Positions 1-13,500 of a DNA stretch of 64,000 nt are shown here, piece after piece. Every line of letters starts with the position of its first letter. Position 1 is the first letter of the stretch. Source of the stretch: Klebsormidium nitens (lineage: Eukaryota; Plantae; Klebsormidiophyceae); contig DF237080.1 of NCBI GenBank assembly GCA_000708835.1, forward strand, positions 1 through 64,000, read 5' to 3'. Position numbers and translations under genes: made by a program. Under the pieces are notes generated by a model. That model had not been told where the DNA came from, searched no databases, and saw only the letters and a program-made list of their open reading frames with translations.

Positions 1-39
1 GCATTGTCGTCGACCTTCCTCATCTTAACTCGAAACCGG

Positions 40-78
40 TACCGTACATATAGGTACCGGTACCCTATATGTACGGTA
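40..78. repeat. Perfect 15-bp inverted repeat (hairpin/cruciform)
   Basis: taccgtacatatagg (40-54) and cctatatgtacggta (64-78), separated by a 9-nt, nearly self-complementary spacer taccggtac. Confidence 0.8.
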
Positions 79-201
79 TCAGGCTCCTGAGTTCTGACTC
101 CTGAGACTTGAGTCCTGACTCCTCCCCAGCTTTGTCAAACGTGGTGCAGCTAGAAGTCAACGCCATGTGATTCCTGATTATTGAGTGGCAACGGTCGAGT
201 C

Positions 202-790
202 CAGGGGTTCTAGCAGGATTTTGCCCGGAGGTGCTGAGGCGCCCCTGCGCTTCGCCCCGGGGCGCCGACCAGCTTCCCTGGGGCGCCTAAGCCCGGGCGC
301 CAGCGCCCGGTGCAATGGGTATTCCGGCGAAAGCTGTGTTTAACCGAGCCGAATTTGTGCATACCGGTCCTGGGCTTTTGTCAACGGTACAAGCGGTCGG
401 CAGTGGGCACAAAGTCAAAAAAATCCGTGCCCAAATCTGTGCCCCCCTATCCAAAGCAAGTACCGTACCTACTGCAGGAACAATTGCTCTTATTGAAGCA
501 GTTTTTTGCAGATGAATGGTTAAAGCATTGAAGCATGAGACTCGGCTAACTGTATGTGTAGAGGGCTCGACTTGGAATCCGTCGCGTTTTACTCGTTTTC
601 AGTCAATTGTGAGTGCTTATCCCCAAATAATGGAACTATATGGGCCTCCTTGTGTCCTGATTATATGTGCAGGCAATGCTCTGCTTAGAGATCACCAGAG
701 TTCCCGGCCTGAATCTAACTTTCTTAAAGTAGGCGGGGCCTGCGGCCCAGGGCGCTCTGCGCCCCGTTTGGCGCCCCGCCAGAACCCCTG
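202..790. mobile_element. Non-autonomous hAT-type DNA transposon (MITE-like), 589 bp, 15-bp TIRs, 8-bp target-site duplication
   Basis: Left end caggggttctagcag (202-216) matches the reverse complement of right end ccgccagaacccctg (776-790) at 13/15. The identical 8-mer gtcgagtc flanks both ends (194-201, 791-798). GC-rich gggcgc/gcgccc subterminal repeats lie inside both ends. CAG-starting short TIRs with an 8-bp TSD are typical of hAT elements. No transposase ORF inside. Confidence 0.85.
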
Positions 791-3700
791 GTCGAGTCAC
801 TCTCGCACAAACGGTGACAAACCCTAATTTCCAGGCCACGGCCACGGGCCTCCACGTGGCAAGTCCAGGCTGATCGGAAGTCGAGACTGGACCAGAGTCA
901 GCTGTGCAACTTCAACGTCAAGTACCAAAATTGACGGCTTCAATACTTGCGAGTCCAATTGTTTGCAAGCTTAGACTACTCTCCGGCAATGAAATGCAAG
1001 TAGAGTTGCTCCATGGATATCTCTGTGTGGGGCGAACTTCCTCACTGTCAAAGTCATCGCATAGGAAGGGTCGAACCATCGACTTTCTCCTGATTCTGAC
1101 CGTCCATTTTCAATCAACGGATGAGATTGCAAGGAGCTACTCTCATGTCGGTTATATCCGGTCCCAGATTCTGCACTTTGCCAGGGGCGAAATGGCTGGG
1201 ACTTCAGCATCGAACTCAGCGCGTCGAACCAGGCTCTATAGCACATGCACGCCTGTGAACCGCACGATTAGGGTTTTGTCTAGCTTTCTACCTGGTTCCG
1301 GCAATGTAGGATTGCTATCTCGTCCTGCATCCTCGGTCATTTCGCCAACTGAAAGGGACTACCGGTATTAGATGGCATTCAAGCATGCTTCTTATTAGGT
1401 GCAGCATGCAGAATTGTGGATGAAGGGCGACCTGAAAAGCCTTTAGCAAAAAACACTGCACTTGGTTAGATAAGGGTGTGGTCCAGATGTACTCTTGACA
1501 TACCACGTGGTTCCATGTGACCCTCGACTTCGATACAGGCTCTGTTATCGTAATCCGGGGCCGGATATAATTGACATGAGACTCCTAGATCATGATCCAC
1601 CATTCCGTCGTATCCTCACCGGAATCACTGATATGACCGGAGTCCGGTCTCATTTTTATTCGAAAGCGAAAACCTCGCGGAGGATCCCAGATCTCACGGA
1701 GCACCAGTGCACCGACGTAGGTACTTGAGCCGCAGAGAGCTTTGACTCCAAATTCATCGACGGCCAACGTTCCAGATTGAGCCTACCAAACCAGCTTGCG
1801 TAATCCCGTGAAATCTGCAATCACAATCTGGGGGCTCCCTCAAGCGCTGCATTGCGGAGCTTCCGAGTCCGACTCCCCATGCAGCTTCTCTGTCCAGCGA
1901 TACTGCTCACGAAACGTTCGGGATTCCCGGGAAAGTTGTTCTTTGCAGGACAAACTCGAAGCCTTCTGGAACTAGGACTATTCAGGAACACGCGCAAGTT
2001 CCAGTCCACTCTGAACGAGCCAAGACCTTCGCGGGAGCTCGTTGAAGGCCCCAGTCTCCAGAGCCAGTCATTCCTCCTTGGCTTGCAATCGCTACCTTGT
2101 ACTTGTATCGATTCCTAAGATCGATGAGGGGGCCTCTGGCGTGGCAAACACACTTGGCGCATATGTCATACTTTCCCCAATCTCTTGGAGCGTGATATAA
2201 ATAGCAGTCAAAGTCGTCAAACATTGTTTGAAGGTTTCTGATTCAAGCTGTCTGGTTGGAAGACCAGCAGACATCACCCATCTATTTTGTGGCTGGGGCG
2301 TCGCAAGGTTGGAAAGCATTCTGTAGAGCAGATTAGCCACCATTAGGGATGGCTTTTGGCCCGAGAGGCCTTTGGTGATGTTTTTGCACCCCTTTAGGCA
2401 CCACAAGACTAATCTTGACAGCGCTCCGCTTCGACTTCTTCCAGCTGTCAAGCAGACTCTTTTGACGCGCAGAGCTTAACAGCCAATCGATTGCTTGGTT
2501 GATCATTGATTCAGTTGTGTCCCTATTCATGTGCCCCCCCCAATCAGTCATGGGCTCAACGACAGAAAAGGGTGGGGGAAGCAAGGATCAGCGAGGAACA
2601 GATGGGCAGAAGGGGGGACGAAAAGCACGTAGGAGATTGGCCCCTGTTCGATTGATCCTGATTGTTGGCGCCGCAGTTCTGACGTGCGGGGCCCTATGGA
2701 ACCACGCGATGCTGGACTTTCACACTGCAGAGGGGCTGATCAATCAACCGCACGGTGAGTTACAGGGCCTCACATGCGGGTTGCTTGTTTTTGCAAGGAC
2801 AGATCTGTGCAAAGACTCATCTTCCCTTTGACTTCTGTTGAATGTCTGGATGGGATGGAGGCATCAACAAGCTGTTGAGAAGTGGGCATTGCGTTGCTGT
2901 GATGGTCGTTCCCTAGAGTATAGGACAGAGCATTATCTAGAGCTCTTGGATGATGTGACAGGTTTCTTGGCACAAGGTCTCTAGAGAAAGACACACCCAG
3001 CTGATGGAGTCAAGCGCTTCTGTGGAAAGAGGATTCCTATGGCAAGAACTTGCAATCACTTGTGTCCCAAACTCCACCACCGACCAGCATGCATGTCTTG
3101 TACCTCCAAGACATAGCAACTCCCTTTTTCAGCCATGCATTGGCACTACCTTTCCTGAAACACGTAGATCAAGCTCATAGGAAGCTCAGGCCTTTACTAT
3201 GAAAAGCAATTTTGATGAGCTTGAGAAGCTAATCAATTTGGTGACTGAAGGTGTTTAACAGCATGGATCTCTCCTTTCATTGTGCCTGTGTGCCTTCTGA
3301 TATTGCTATATGAAGGGTGCATCTTTTAGGAGCTGCCAAGCTTTTTGGATACGGGTGCAACGGAGCTCAAGGGAGTCTTGCAATCTAAGTCTTTGGTGGT
3401 TTTCAGTGTCTGGGTTCGGTTGCATGTCTGGACATGCAAAATTGTTCAGAGTACCCTGGTGTGTACCACCCAGCATAACAAAGTACTGTGTCCTGAAGAA
3501 TGTAGAACGCAGCTATAATCCCTAGTCCGTGTGTAAATTGTTCTGTGCTGGAGTACTTTATCTTCTTCAAGTCTCTGCTTTGATGTTCTCATGGCAGAGC
3601 AATTGCTTAAAGAGTCTACCTGTGCAGATCTACCAGTCGTCCACACGATGCTTCGAGGCACTTAAAGAGAAACAAGCAGAGATAAAAGCAGGTCGAAGCA

Positions 3701-3842
3701 AGAAGCATAATGGTTTAGCCACAGCAGTTCACTTATCTCCCTTGAATCTCCTAAAACGGTTTGCAGTACACCAGCATGGCCACCCTCTTATACCAGCTTA
3801 AACCCCCACAGCCCTAACACTGACAGGCTTCTTCTTCTGCAG

Positions 3843-5428
3843 GTTTGCATCATCGGCGCTCCCTGCTCTCAATGGCAGCCTCCAGGGGCAGCTCTTCCGG
3901 AGGCCTTCCAATAACTAGTAAGGAGGGCTTGTCAACTGGCGCCGTATCTGGAGATCCTCAGCATGAAAGGAAAGAGGGGAGGGGTTCGAAATACATGCCT
4001 CTTAAAGTTGTAGAGGGTGAGCTGTCCTCTCCCGCTGTCAATGCGGGCAACGTGTTGGGCCGCTTGCTAGATCACAAGCTCCGGGGGCAGCGGCCTGCAG
4101 AGCGGCAGGGTGCAAAACGCGGGGAAAGTCCTGGGGGTGTTTTGGAAGACGAGTCAGCCTCCGAGGTTGAGCGTGAAATAGGTGATGAGCAAGCACTCCC
4201 AGCGGTATCCGGCGCCGATTTGGTGAGGCAGAGCGCATCCGTAGAGCAGAAGGCGGGTGCTGATGCCGCAGTCGATGATCTGGGTGGGGTGAAGGAGGAA
4301 ATCGTGCTTGGGAAGACTGGGGAAGCGTCAGCAAACGTCAGAGGTCCTGGGGCGCGCACTGGGCTTCTCTCCCGGCAGGGAGTGCTTTCAAAGCTCAGCT
4401 CCTTTCTGGCGGGTTCTCCGAGGATTAGGCAAGCGGGGGGGTCCCAAGCTGATGTCAGCACCGTTGCGGCGCCTGGCTTGCGAAACCAGACGGCCCAGAA
4501 AGACATGACAGTGCAGTCGAAACCGTCCGTCGTGTTGCACAACCTGCGAAATGCCCGTGGGGGTGCCCGGGAGACCTCCGATTCTGAGTTGAGGCTTATC
4601 GAGGAAGCGAGAAGGGCCCTGGGCGAGCCGGGTCCCGCCGGGGGGGCCGAAACGGGTGCGATGTCAGGGGGGAAGAACGAGGACATTTTGGAGTCGGCGG
4701 ATGATCGCTGGGACCTCATGCGGATTGAGAACAAGCTGAAAGCAGAGCAGGAGTATGCGGCGTACATGGGAAACTTAGAGGACGAGAAAGCGCGGGCGGA
4801 GGCAGCCGAAGCGACGAGGCTGAAGGCTGAGGCAGACGGGGCCGGAAAGGACAAGCAGAACGGGAACGCAGACGGGCGGAACGGACTAGCGGAAGAGCGG
4901 AACGGACTAGCGGAAGAGCGGAACGAGGCAGCGGAGGAGCGGAAGGAGGACGCGGGGTTGGGCGGAATTGGGGCGGGAGATGGGAACGGAGAAGAAGCGG
5001 GTGCCAAAGGGGAAGCGGAGGGGGGTGAAAAGGAAGCCGTCGAGACTGATGACAAATCTAAAGAGGCAGATGGGGATAAGCCGATGGAACTAGATGGGGA
5101 GCAAGGTGCGGCGTTGAGCGGGGGTCAGGAGGCGGAGTCGAAAAGCGAGGGGGGGGGCGAGGAACTGGAGGTTGTCACGGACTCCGAAGCAAAGGATCGG
5201 GACGGAATCAAAAGCGAGGAGATGACGACAGAAGAAGGAGTCGACGGAAATGATGGTGCGAGCAGTGCAGGAGAGAAAGCGGAAGACGAAGGGACTTGGG
5301 AGGCCGGTCTGGCGGCGGCCGTTGAGTTGGAGAGCCCTGTCAAAATTCAGGGGGCAGACGGAGCGGCCACAGATACCCCCTTTGAAAGGGACGCGAGCGA
5401 AGAGGGGGAGGGGAAAGCGGCCGAATGA
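3843..5428 (+). CDS. Long open exon encoding a low-complexity Gly/Glu/Ala-rich, probably disordered protein; function unknown
   Basis: 527-codon open frame preceded by a good acceptor (cttcttctgcag|, 3842). A phase-compatible candidate upstream exon lies near 3630-3690 (IYQSSTRCFEALKEKQAEIKA). It contains a short coiled-coil-like segment and 21-bp internal repeats. No recognisable domain. Confidence 0.5.
4877..4945 (+). repeat. 21-bp coding tandem repeat (RNGLAEE-type heptad), 3-4 copies
   Basis: gcggaacggactagcggaaga occurs twice exactly and is followed by degenerate copies. Confidence 0.8.
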
Positions 5429-6856
5429 GAGAGTGAGCCCGGAAAGAGAGCAGAAGAGGTTTGATCGACGCAATGAGCTGCCTAACACATGATTGACGCA
5501 CAGATGATTCTTTGCCCGGGGGTTTGCCCCGGGCCGCTTCGAGAGTGACGCCTGTAAAGGCCACGCTGACACCTGAAGCCTGCGTAGAGCATGTTGCGAA
5601 TAGGAGATGGCGAGGAGAGCATAAGCGATGGAGTGAAGGTGCACAGCCGCACGCGAATCGGAGAAGTTAGAGACCAGGATAAGGTTAGGTTTGCTTTTGA
5701 TCTTTCTAGTGTCAAAATGTCGTTGCCACTAGCTTTGTAGCAACAGAGAGACCCTCCATCAACGCCCTCCATAGTCATTTAGCAGTAGACGCGCATCAGA
5801 GAGATAGATAACCAGATGTCATGCCCGAGAAGTTCCGTAAGGCAGCAGTTTGACATTCACCCTTCATTGAGTTGCACATTGCAGGTATACTAACCGTTAA
5901 TCACTGTTCCGCACCGCTGGCACTATTTGCCTTGCCAGATGAAGCTTACATTGCGATTGTGATCAGACGAGGGGAATCATTTAAAGACACTGGCTGAGAG
6001 CGGGAATTTTATCCTTGATCATGCATTGAATGTCGCCCTCTACACAGATTCTCCATCCGCGGACGGCCTTTTTTGTCAGCCGCCGGCCAACTACGTGAAG
6101 CCAGATCATTGGCTCATATCAATGATGACGGTTCAGTATGTTGATGTCTTGATATACTATATTGACGTACTCTGGCCATCTTTCATCGCGGCCCGTTCTT
6201 ACGCACGCGCGGTCGTGCATTCTCATGTGTGCAGCGCAACTTGTGTACACTGCAGGCAGTAATGTCAAACTTCTGAGAGTGGAGATAAGCTACATGCCAA
6301 GTATGGTGTCAGCTATATGTGGGTGACCATGGAAATTGAGCCGTCAAACATACATGAATTCTGGTCCGCCTGAATATCAGCATCGTCGATGCCACATAAT
6401 CTGCATAATGGCCATGAATGCAAAGTCGACCGCATGTCTAGCAAGATATACTGGATCTGCATATCGACCTGGCTGTCACTTGGCACAAATGATCATCATT
6501 GTGGTCCATGACCGGACGACTCAGTGATCCCGAAGAAGAGGGGGAGTCACGGTGCCTTAAGGCAGTGCGGTATGCCATTAATTCCATGCAAGGAGTGGTG
6601 CTCTACTCGGACCTCTACTCTCTGCAATTGAAAAGGAAACCCGCGGTGTTCGATTATACCACGATAGGCCCATTTCACGTAACGTACGCGTGGTCCCCGC
6701 GTGGTATTGGGGTTGTTGGATTTCTGACGCCGTCGGAGATGCTAACCGGAGGCTGACGTCACGCGCCAGGCAAACACCGACGCAGTGACAACCCTGAAAT
6801 CATGCGTCAAGCCAGGCAAACCCTCCGCCAACACACACTGACAGAGCGGGGTCACG

Positions 6857-7055
6857 TCAAGGAGAATCAGTAATTTGGGCCGGGGACGTTGGAAGGGCTG
6901 ACGTGGCGGGGTTTAGAGGCGGAACCCTGGGTTGGGCTGCTCTCGACCAATCTTGTTGGGGGAGTCTCGGGTCAAACCTCAAACCTCGCCACGTCAGCCC
7001 TTCCAACAGATTGAGCACCCCCAGCCCCGGTCGCCAAATTACTGATTCTCCTTGA
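6857..7055. repeat. ~200-bp foldback (long inverted repeat) upstream of CFAP44
   Basis: tcaaggagaatcagtaatttgg (6857-6878) pairs perfectly with 7034-7055. gttggaagggctgacgtggcggggttt (6888-6914) pairs at 26/27 with 6981-7007. Confidence 0.85.
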
Positions 7056-7578
7056 TCCCGCCGATCGATCTTGACACAAGTTCAATGGTGCATAAGCGCG
7101 CGCGCGCGGCAGGCATTGACGCGCGTGACGGCCGCGCCGGCCGTTCGTGAGCGCGGCCGCGCTCCGAAACCGGTCATGTTGATCTCCCTCCGATACTGGT
7201 GCGATGAATTGATCGACGGCAGAGAACTTCTGAGAAGCAAGTCACGTCCTTCGTACCCCAACAAATCAGAAAACGGTTCGGGCAATGCACACTTGAGTAC
7301 CCACTCTTATCTTACTTAGGTCTGTATGTATGCTGCTCACATCACACATGCAACTTTTCATCGCTACCAGTATCACAGTGAGATCAACATGGTGCTTGAT
7401 CAGGAATATTGCCCTCAGCTCCCTGCTGTACCACAGACACTTCAGCTCAGACTGCCAGCAGAGTCCATGCATTGTGGTGAGCTGTAATTCACTGGAGACT
7501 GGAAGCTTCACAATGGCTGCCTAAGGGTGGAGAGCTACCTAAAGATTGAAAGGTAGCGGATTGACTCTGACAGAAAAG

Positions 7579-10500
7579 ATGGCCGAGAACCCCGTTCCTT
7601 CCACCGCCGATGATGCGGCGGTGGAAGAGGTTGTTGATCAATTGGTGCTACGAGAAGCTGAACAAGGGGCAGCCGGCCGGGAGGACCTCTTTGATGGACC
7701 TACAGAGCTGGTTGCTAGCTCGATACCTGCTGCAGGTGCATTGCTAGGAGATGATGTAGACTTGGCAGCAGCCAACTCCGTGATGTCTCAGTCCATGGAG
7801 CAAAGTCCAGCTGCATCAGAGTCTGCCGGCAATGTTGAGGATGCAAGTTTCAAAGATGGAGACACTGAGGGATCAAGCTCAGGGGCAACAAAGCTCGCCG
7901 CCAATCGAGAAAATGAAGTCCAGTCTGAAACGGACCTGGAGCTCTTGGCGAGACACAAGACTAAAGAGCAAGAGATTGTGGAGAGTGAAGAGGTGGTAGC
8001 GAGGATGGAGAGGATCGAGCAGAGGTCAAGGCTGGGGTTCACTGGGGAGGAAGCAAAGGCTGAGGGGCAGAGTGCCGCAGAGGTGGAACAGCAAGAGGAG
8101 GAAGAGGAGGAGGAGGTGAGCTCACAATGCAGTTCTGTTTGAGTGCTTTTGTTAGGTCCATAAAAATGTTCAGCATACCACCACAAGCGTGCCACTTTTA
8201 CCCCAGGGCTGTATCAAACAAGGCTGGAAACTTGTAGTTGTTGCTCGATCAGGTGTTGATCGAGCAACCGTTATATTACCACTGGTAATATTGCTGAAGA
8301 AGCTTCAAGGAGACACCAACTTGCTTCCCACCACCCTACCCTTCTTCGTGCACATTTTGATGAAACACTGTTCGCATTTTACATTCTAGCGTTACGATGT
8401 ATCCGGAGTAATTCTGTGAAAAAACGTCGTCAGATTGGTTCATGTGGCCCCTTACGGGCACAGCGCAGCATGTGGGACAAGCCAAAGTGTGCACCTTTCA
8501 GTCGCAACAGAGACACCCAATGTGCACCTTCAGGCTGAGAATGAAACTCCAGAAACAGTGCCTTTAGCTGGACACCTTTAGTTGATTCTGTGAGTGAAAA
8601 CATTGTCTACCTCCTTTTGATGGTTACGCCACTTCAGTCCAAACCAGTGCTTCCCTTACTGCCACTTTATGATGTATTTCTTCACAAACGAAACCGTGTC
8701 AAGTTCCTTTTACCAACAGTTCTAATTGTCCAACCGATGAAATGCTCTATTACCCTGCTCTCATTTCAGGAGGAGCCTCGATACTACGACCCTGCCACAC
8801 TGGACAGTCCTCCGGGCCCGTCGGAACTTCCGAGCAGCAGCGGGCGCTTGCTTTGCAGTTTCGGTTTGGACGGAAGCAAGCGGGGAGCCATGGACTACAT
8901 TGCAGAGGACGTTCTGATATTCCCGGCAGCAAACACGGTGCAGACGTTAAATGTGCGGACAATGGTCCAGATACAAATGCAGGTAAGGGGGATGAGTACT
9001 ACTAAAAGCACTATTAGAGCTGCAAAGCGATTCTTGGCGCCATGAGGGCGAGTTCAGAGTGGGCGTCAAGTCTCACGAACCAATCAAGGTTGATGATAAT
9101 CTGTTGACAGCAAAGCTTGCCCCCTGAGGCGGAGCGGCTTTGAAAATCATGAGGCACACGAGAAGCGGCAATAGACGTGTGGCTACTCAGCTCAGATTAT
9201 TGCTTCCAATGCTACAAGAGACCAGAATAAATGTGCAGAAGGAGAAGTCGAAGCGTCTGCCATGGTAGCAAGACTGGCTGTAAGTTCCATCGAGACAATC
9301 ATCGAGGGCGTTTGACATTAGAGAGTCTAATGACCATTGATGGGTGTACAGGGAAGCGTTTACTATCCATCAGACAAACTCCAAACGCACCTTGGCACAG
9401 CCTCATACAAACCCCAGTTGCAACGGCTGGTTTCTCGCCCGTAGGCAGTCTACAACGCTTGTACGCATCAAAAAGCGCATTCAATACAAAGCATGAGCCT
9501 AAAAAAGAAAGCTACTGCGCAGCCCCCGAAACCTCGCCACCCTGTTGCAGATCTTCGTGGGCCAGGGCGTTTCGACGATAACTGTGCACTCGTCGCGCCA
9601 GTGGTTCGCCGTGTGCGAAAAGGGAGTCAACCCCTCGGTCTTTATGTATACGTACCCAGCCCTGCAATTGTACAAGGTACGCCGCTAGTGTTTGAACCAC
9701 ACTTACCGGAGTAAGTATCAGGGTTTCATCGGTTCATTTGAGAAGGCGAGTTAACAAGTCAACAGAAGAGTGCTTTGCCCCGCATTCTGAGTTGATGAGA
9801 GTGGCCTCGACGGTTACCTTTTAACCTTTGGTCAAGCCGGAGTTGTTTATCGATTCGTGGTTCGTTCTCTCGTGGTTTGTTCTCTCTTCGGAGCCCTTGA
9901 GAGCTGGAGAGCGGGAAGAGTAACGGAGAGTCGGTGGATCGCACTCGATCGGTTCTCAGGCCTTCACCTGTGTCATCAGCAGCGGATATCAGCGAAGCTG
10001 ATATTTCCTTCGGTTAGATTTTTAAGAAGCTGTTGTAGAAGAATTTCGGCCTGCCCGTAACCTCTGCAAATTGCTGTCCTCAGTTTGTAACGTGTTGTAT
10101 GGACACCCGACATCCCGATCTTCTCTGTTCTCTGTGCTTTCAAGTAAGCTAAGACGAGATTGCCGAATGAGTGAAGAAGGTGGAAAAAACACTTTGTACC
10201 TCCAACTAGTCGAGATTGTGGAACAAAATTGAGTCAGGAAGGTGGAAACAACACTTTGTCCCTCGAAATGAAGATCCTGCGGGGCGGCACGGAGCGCTTG
10301 TTCGGGTGCGCGGTCTTCAGTCACGACGGCCGAGAACTGGCCACGGTCGGGGGCTACCCCGACTACTGGCTTACAGTTTGGGACTGGCGCCACGAAGCAA
10401 TCAAGCTGCGAGCCAAGGCTTTCTCGCAGGACGTTTTCAAGGTGGGTCAAAATCACGGGTGGAGCCAGTTTAACCGAAGCGCATCCGCCAAGAGGTGCTC

Positions 10501-13500
10501 AAGTCATCGCGAATCCCTTTTGCTTCGACTATAAGAGTTGGAAAAGAGACTCTGACCCGATTCCCCAGTGCGAAGTCAAACCGCTGGAATGTTGTCAATC
10601 TTGCACAAAGCGCTGCAGGCATTGCGTCCTTCAAGTCTTCACCCGGCGTCAGCGGAACCGGTTTTTCTGGCGACCGACGAGCACACTGGGCATTGCTCTT
10701 GTCGCCATTGTGACAGCCAGTTGCACGTCTGGATCTCGATTTCGGGCCTGCCCGTGCAGGTGTGCTTCTCACCCTCGTTCGCCGGGCAGCTGATCACGAG
10801 CGGGACGGGCCACATCCGCTTCTGGAAGATGGCGGCCACCTTCACGGGGCTCAAACTGCAGGTGCGCGCGCGGTACTTGGCTTACCGTTCCCCTGAGGTT
10901 TCAGCGGAGTCAAGGATTATTATGCTGTTTGTAAAACCGCATTGCTGGTTCTTTGGCAATCTTGTCATCTCGTCATCTTGTCATCATCTTATTCGAAGCT
11001 TTGAGTCCGCGTGGGCCGACTTAGTACTGAACTTTTGAGCGCAACCTTTGCGCCGTTATGCTCCAATAGAAACAAACGCCAGGTTGCAAATCTTGAGACC
11101 AATCTGGTTGATTGCCCTATACGAAATGGTAGTGGCATGGACGGTAACGACTTTGACGTCTATGCGTTACCAAGCCCTTGGAAGCTAGGAATCACAAGTC
11201 ACCTCGTTCTAACGAAGCCGGATAGAGTAATTAACATGTCGCTGGAAACTCTGGCCTTGTCTCGTCCGAGCTCAACTCCGTTTCGAATTTGCCTCCGCAG
11301 GGCCAACTGGGCAAGTTCGGCGCGGTTCCGCTGAGTGACATTTCCGGCTTCGTCGAGCTGCCGGACGGAAAGGTGTTGTCCGGCACGGAGTCCGGCAGGC
11401 TGCTGCTGTGGGACGGCGGCTTCATCAAGTGCGAGATTACGCGGCCCGGGGGGATCCCTTGCCACGTGGGCAACGTGGAGTGTGTCCAGCTGGACAGGAA
11501 GCGGCGGCAGCTGATCACGGCGGGGCACGACGGATACGCGCGCATCTGGGACTTCGATGTAAGCAGTCCTCTCCTTTTTGGCCAATGATTGCTTCCCTGA
11601 TTTAATCCGAAGCGGTTTGTGACGAAGACCAAAGTCCGCATTCAGAAATCGTTTGATTTGCTGCTTCTATGATTGGCTGAGGAAAAAAAACTCAGGAGAA
11701 GTAGATCCCTTGAATCCTGATCCTTTCCCAATCCGCGCGCGCAGGGACGGCCCAGACAGGGTCGACGACAAGCCGACGATTCATTCAGCCGATCTGAAAA
11801 GACCAAACACTCATTGCTGAAGGAACCGAAACCCCTTTCAACCCAAAAATATGGAAATCCTGACTCGGTTTCTTTCGCGCGTGCGCAGGCGCTGGACGGC
11901 GCGGACCAGGTGGACGACAAGCCGACGTTCGAGATGGCCCCCCTGGAAGAAAACTTCATTGGCGAGGGAGTGCGCTGCAAGACGCTGCTGCGCGAGCAGG
12001 ACCACTGGATTGTGCAGGTAGCGCGCGCGCATGAGAGGCCCTTATCGGAATGTTTCATTATGGGGGGAGAATTCACCCTGGAGATTGTAGATGAGGAAGT
12101 TAAAGTAGTGGCAATTTGCCTCACGCCGTAGTAGTCCAAAAAGCCGTGGTTGGTAAGCGGGCAACCTCCCTGTTGGACGAGGAGAGAGCGCTGATTGTGA
12201 GACTGGCGCACAGAACGCGGAGCAAAGCTTCATCATCACTTCGGGGCTATCTGTCTCTAGCCCGGACACCCGACATCCTGAAACCAAAAATCTACTGGGC
12301 CCAAACTGTCTCTCAAAGAGAAGAACGTTCAATCTCTCGCTTTCCAAGTCCAAGTCTCTTGGAAGGTTCCGTCGTCATTCCGTGCCCCGTTTTGCACCGT
12401 GGCTTCATCAGCTTGATTGTACAAGGTTGATTAACGATGATTAAATCGTCAACATTACGACATACAACCAAGCAATAATCAGAGTATTGACTTAAGTGAG
12501 TGCCTGGTCTGCAGGACGAGCGAGGCGCGGTGCTGCGCGTGGCGCTGCCGACGTTCCGCTCGACGCGCCTGCTGGAGTTCCACTCGGGGCCGATAACCGG
12601 GCTGGACACGCACCCGGGGGACCACGTGGTCGCAACTGCCGGGGAGGACGCCACGGTGAGCCTCTCGTTCAAAAACCCGAAAATGTTACTCCCTGCATAA
12701 CAAGTTTCCATACCCTAGTTTGCAGTCGCTGGCCCCTGAAGCGCCTCAAGTGCGATTTGAGAAAGTGTCGTCGGTTGGATCGAGGGCCCAAAATCGTGCC
12801 TGTTTGGAGCCCAATCCTCGGTACTCGATGGAGAAATAGAAGAGATCGCGCGTGCCAGTTGCTCTAGGGTTCGGCTTCAAAATCAGGAGGTTTATTCAAA
12901 GGAGCGCATCAATGCGGAAGTAGCGGCGGGTTAGAGGTGCTCCAAACTTCGGGTTAAAAAACTGTCCGATGTTCCAGCCCTGCTTGCGATGATGTATCAA
13001 AATAAGCCTGCGCGCGTACGTTCAGTATTGGAAGTGCATGATTTTGCGACAAAGCTTCGCCTTCTCTTTCTCCGGCTCCTTAACGCTGCCTTCGTACGCT
13101 GCCTTCGTTACTCATGAGTCCAACCGAATCACCACTTTCCTCCCTTCCCATCTACCAGGTCCGCTTGTACTCTTACATCGACGGCGCGCAAAAGCAGCTC
13201 CTGTGTCGCGCGTTCAACCGCGGCGCCCGCTGCTGCGCGTGGGCGCCTGACGGGCGGACGCTACTCGTGGGCTTTGCGGACGGCGTTCTGCGCGCGCTCG
13301 CGCGCGCGCCGGGCGCCTGGAGGCTCGCGCAGGTCGTCAAACCGCACACGGTGAGACCGCCGCCGCTGCGCGTTGCGCTAAAGAATGTCTGTTCAGGTTC
13401 GGATTCCCACGGAGGCCTGTCTGTTTGCAATGAGGAACATGGTCGCTCTCAATTTTGCAATCGGCGTCTCAGTGGCGCAACGCATCATCTTCAGGAGTCA

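Noticed and set aside
904-3300. Degenerate transposon or gene on the minus strand
   Set aside because: Short broken frames with no RT, integrase, transposase or other motif that I could recognise, and no consistent exon chain.
4072-5055. 327-aa antisense ORF (also the long antisense ORFs at 32059-32844, 34673-35390 and 41058-42910)
   Set aside because: These are stop-poor shadows of GC-rich sense exons, with Ser/Pro/Arg-rich translations and no domains.
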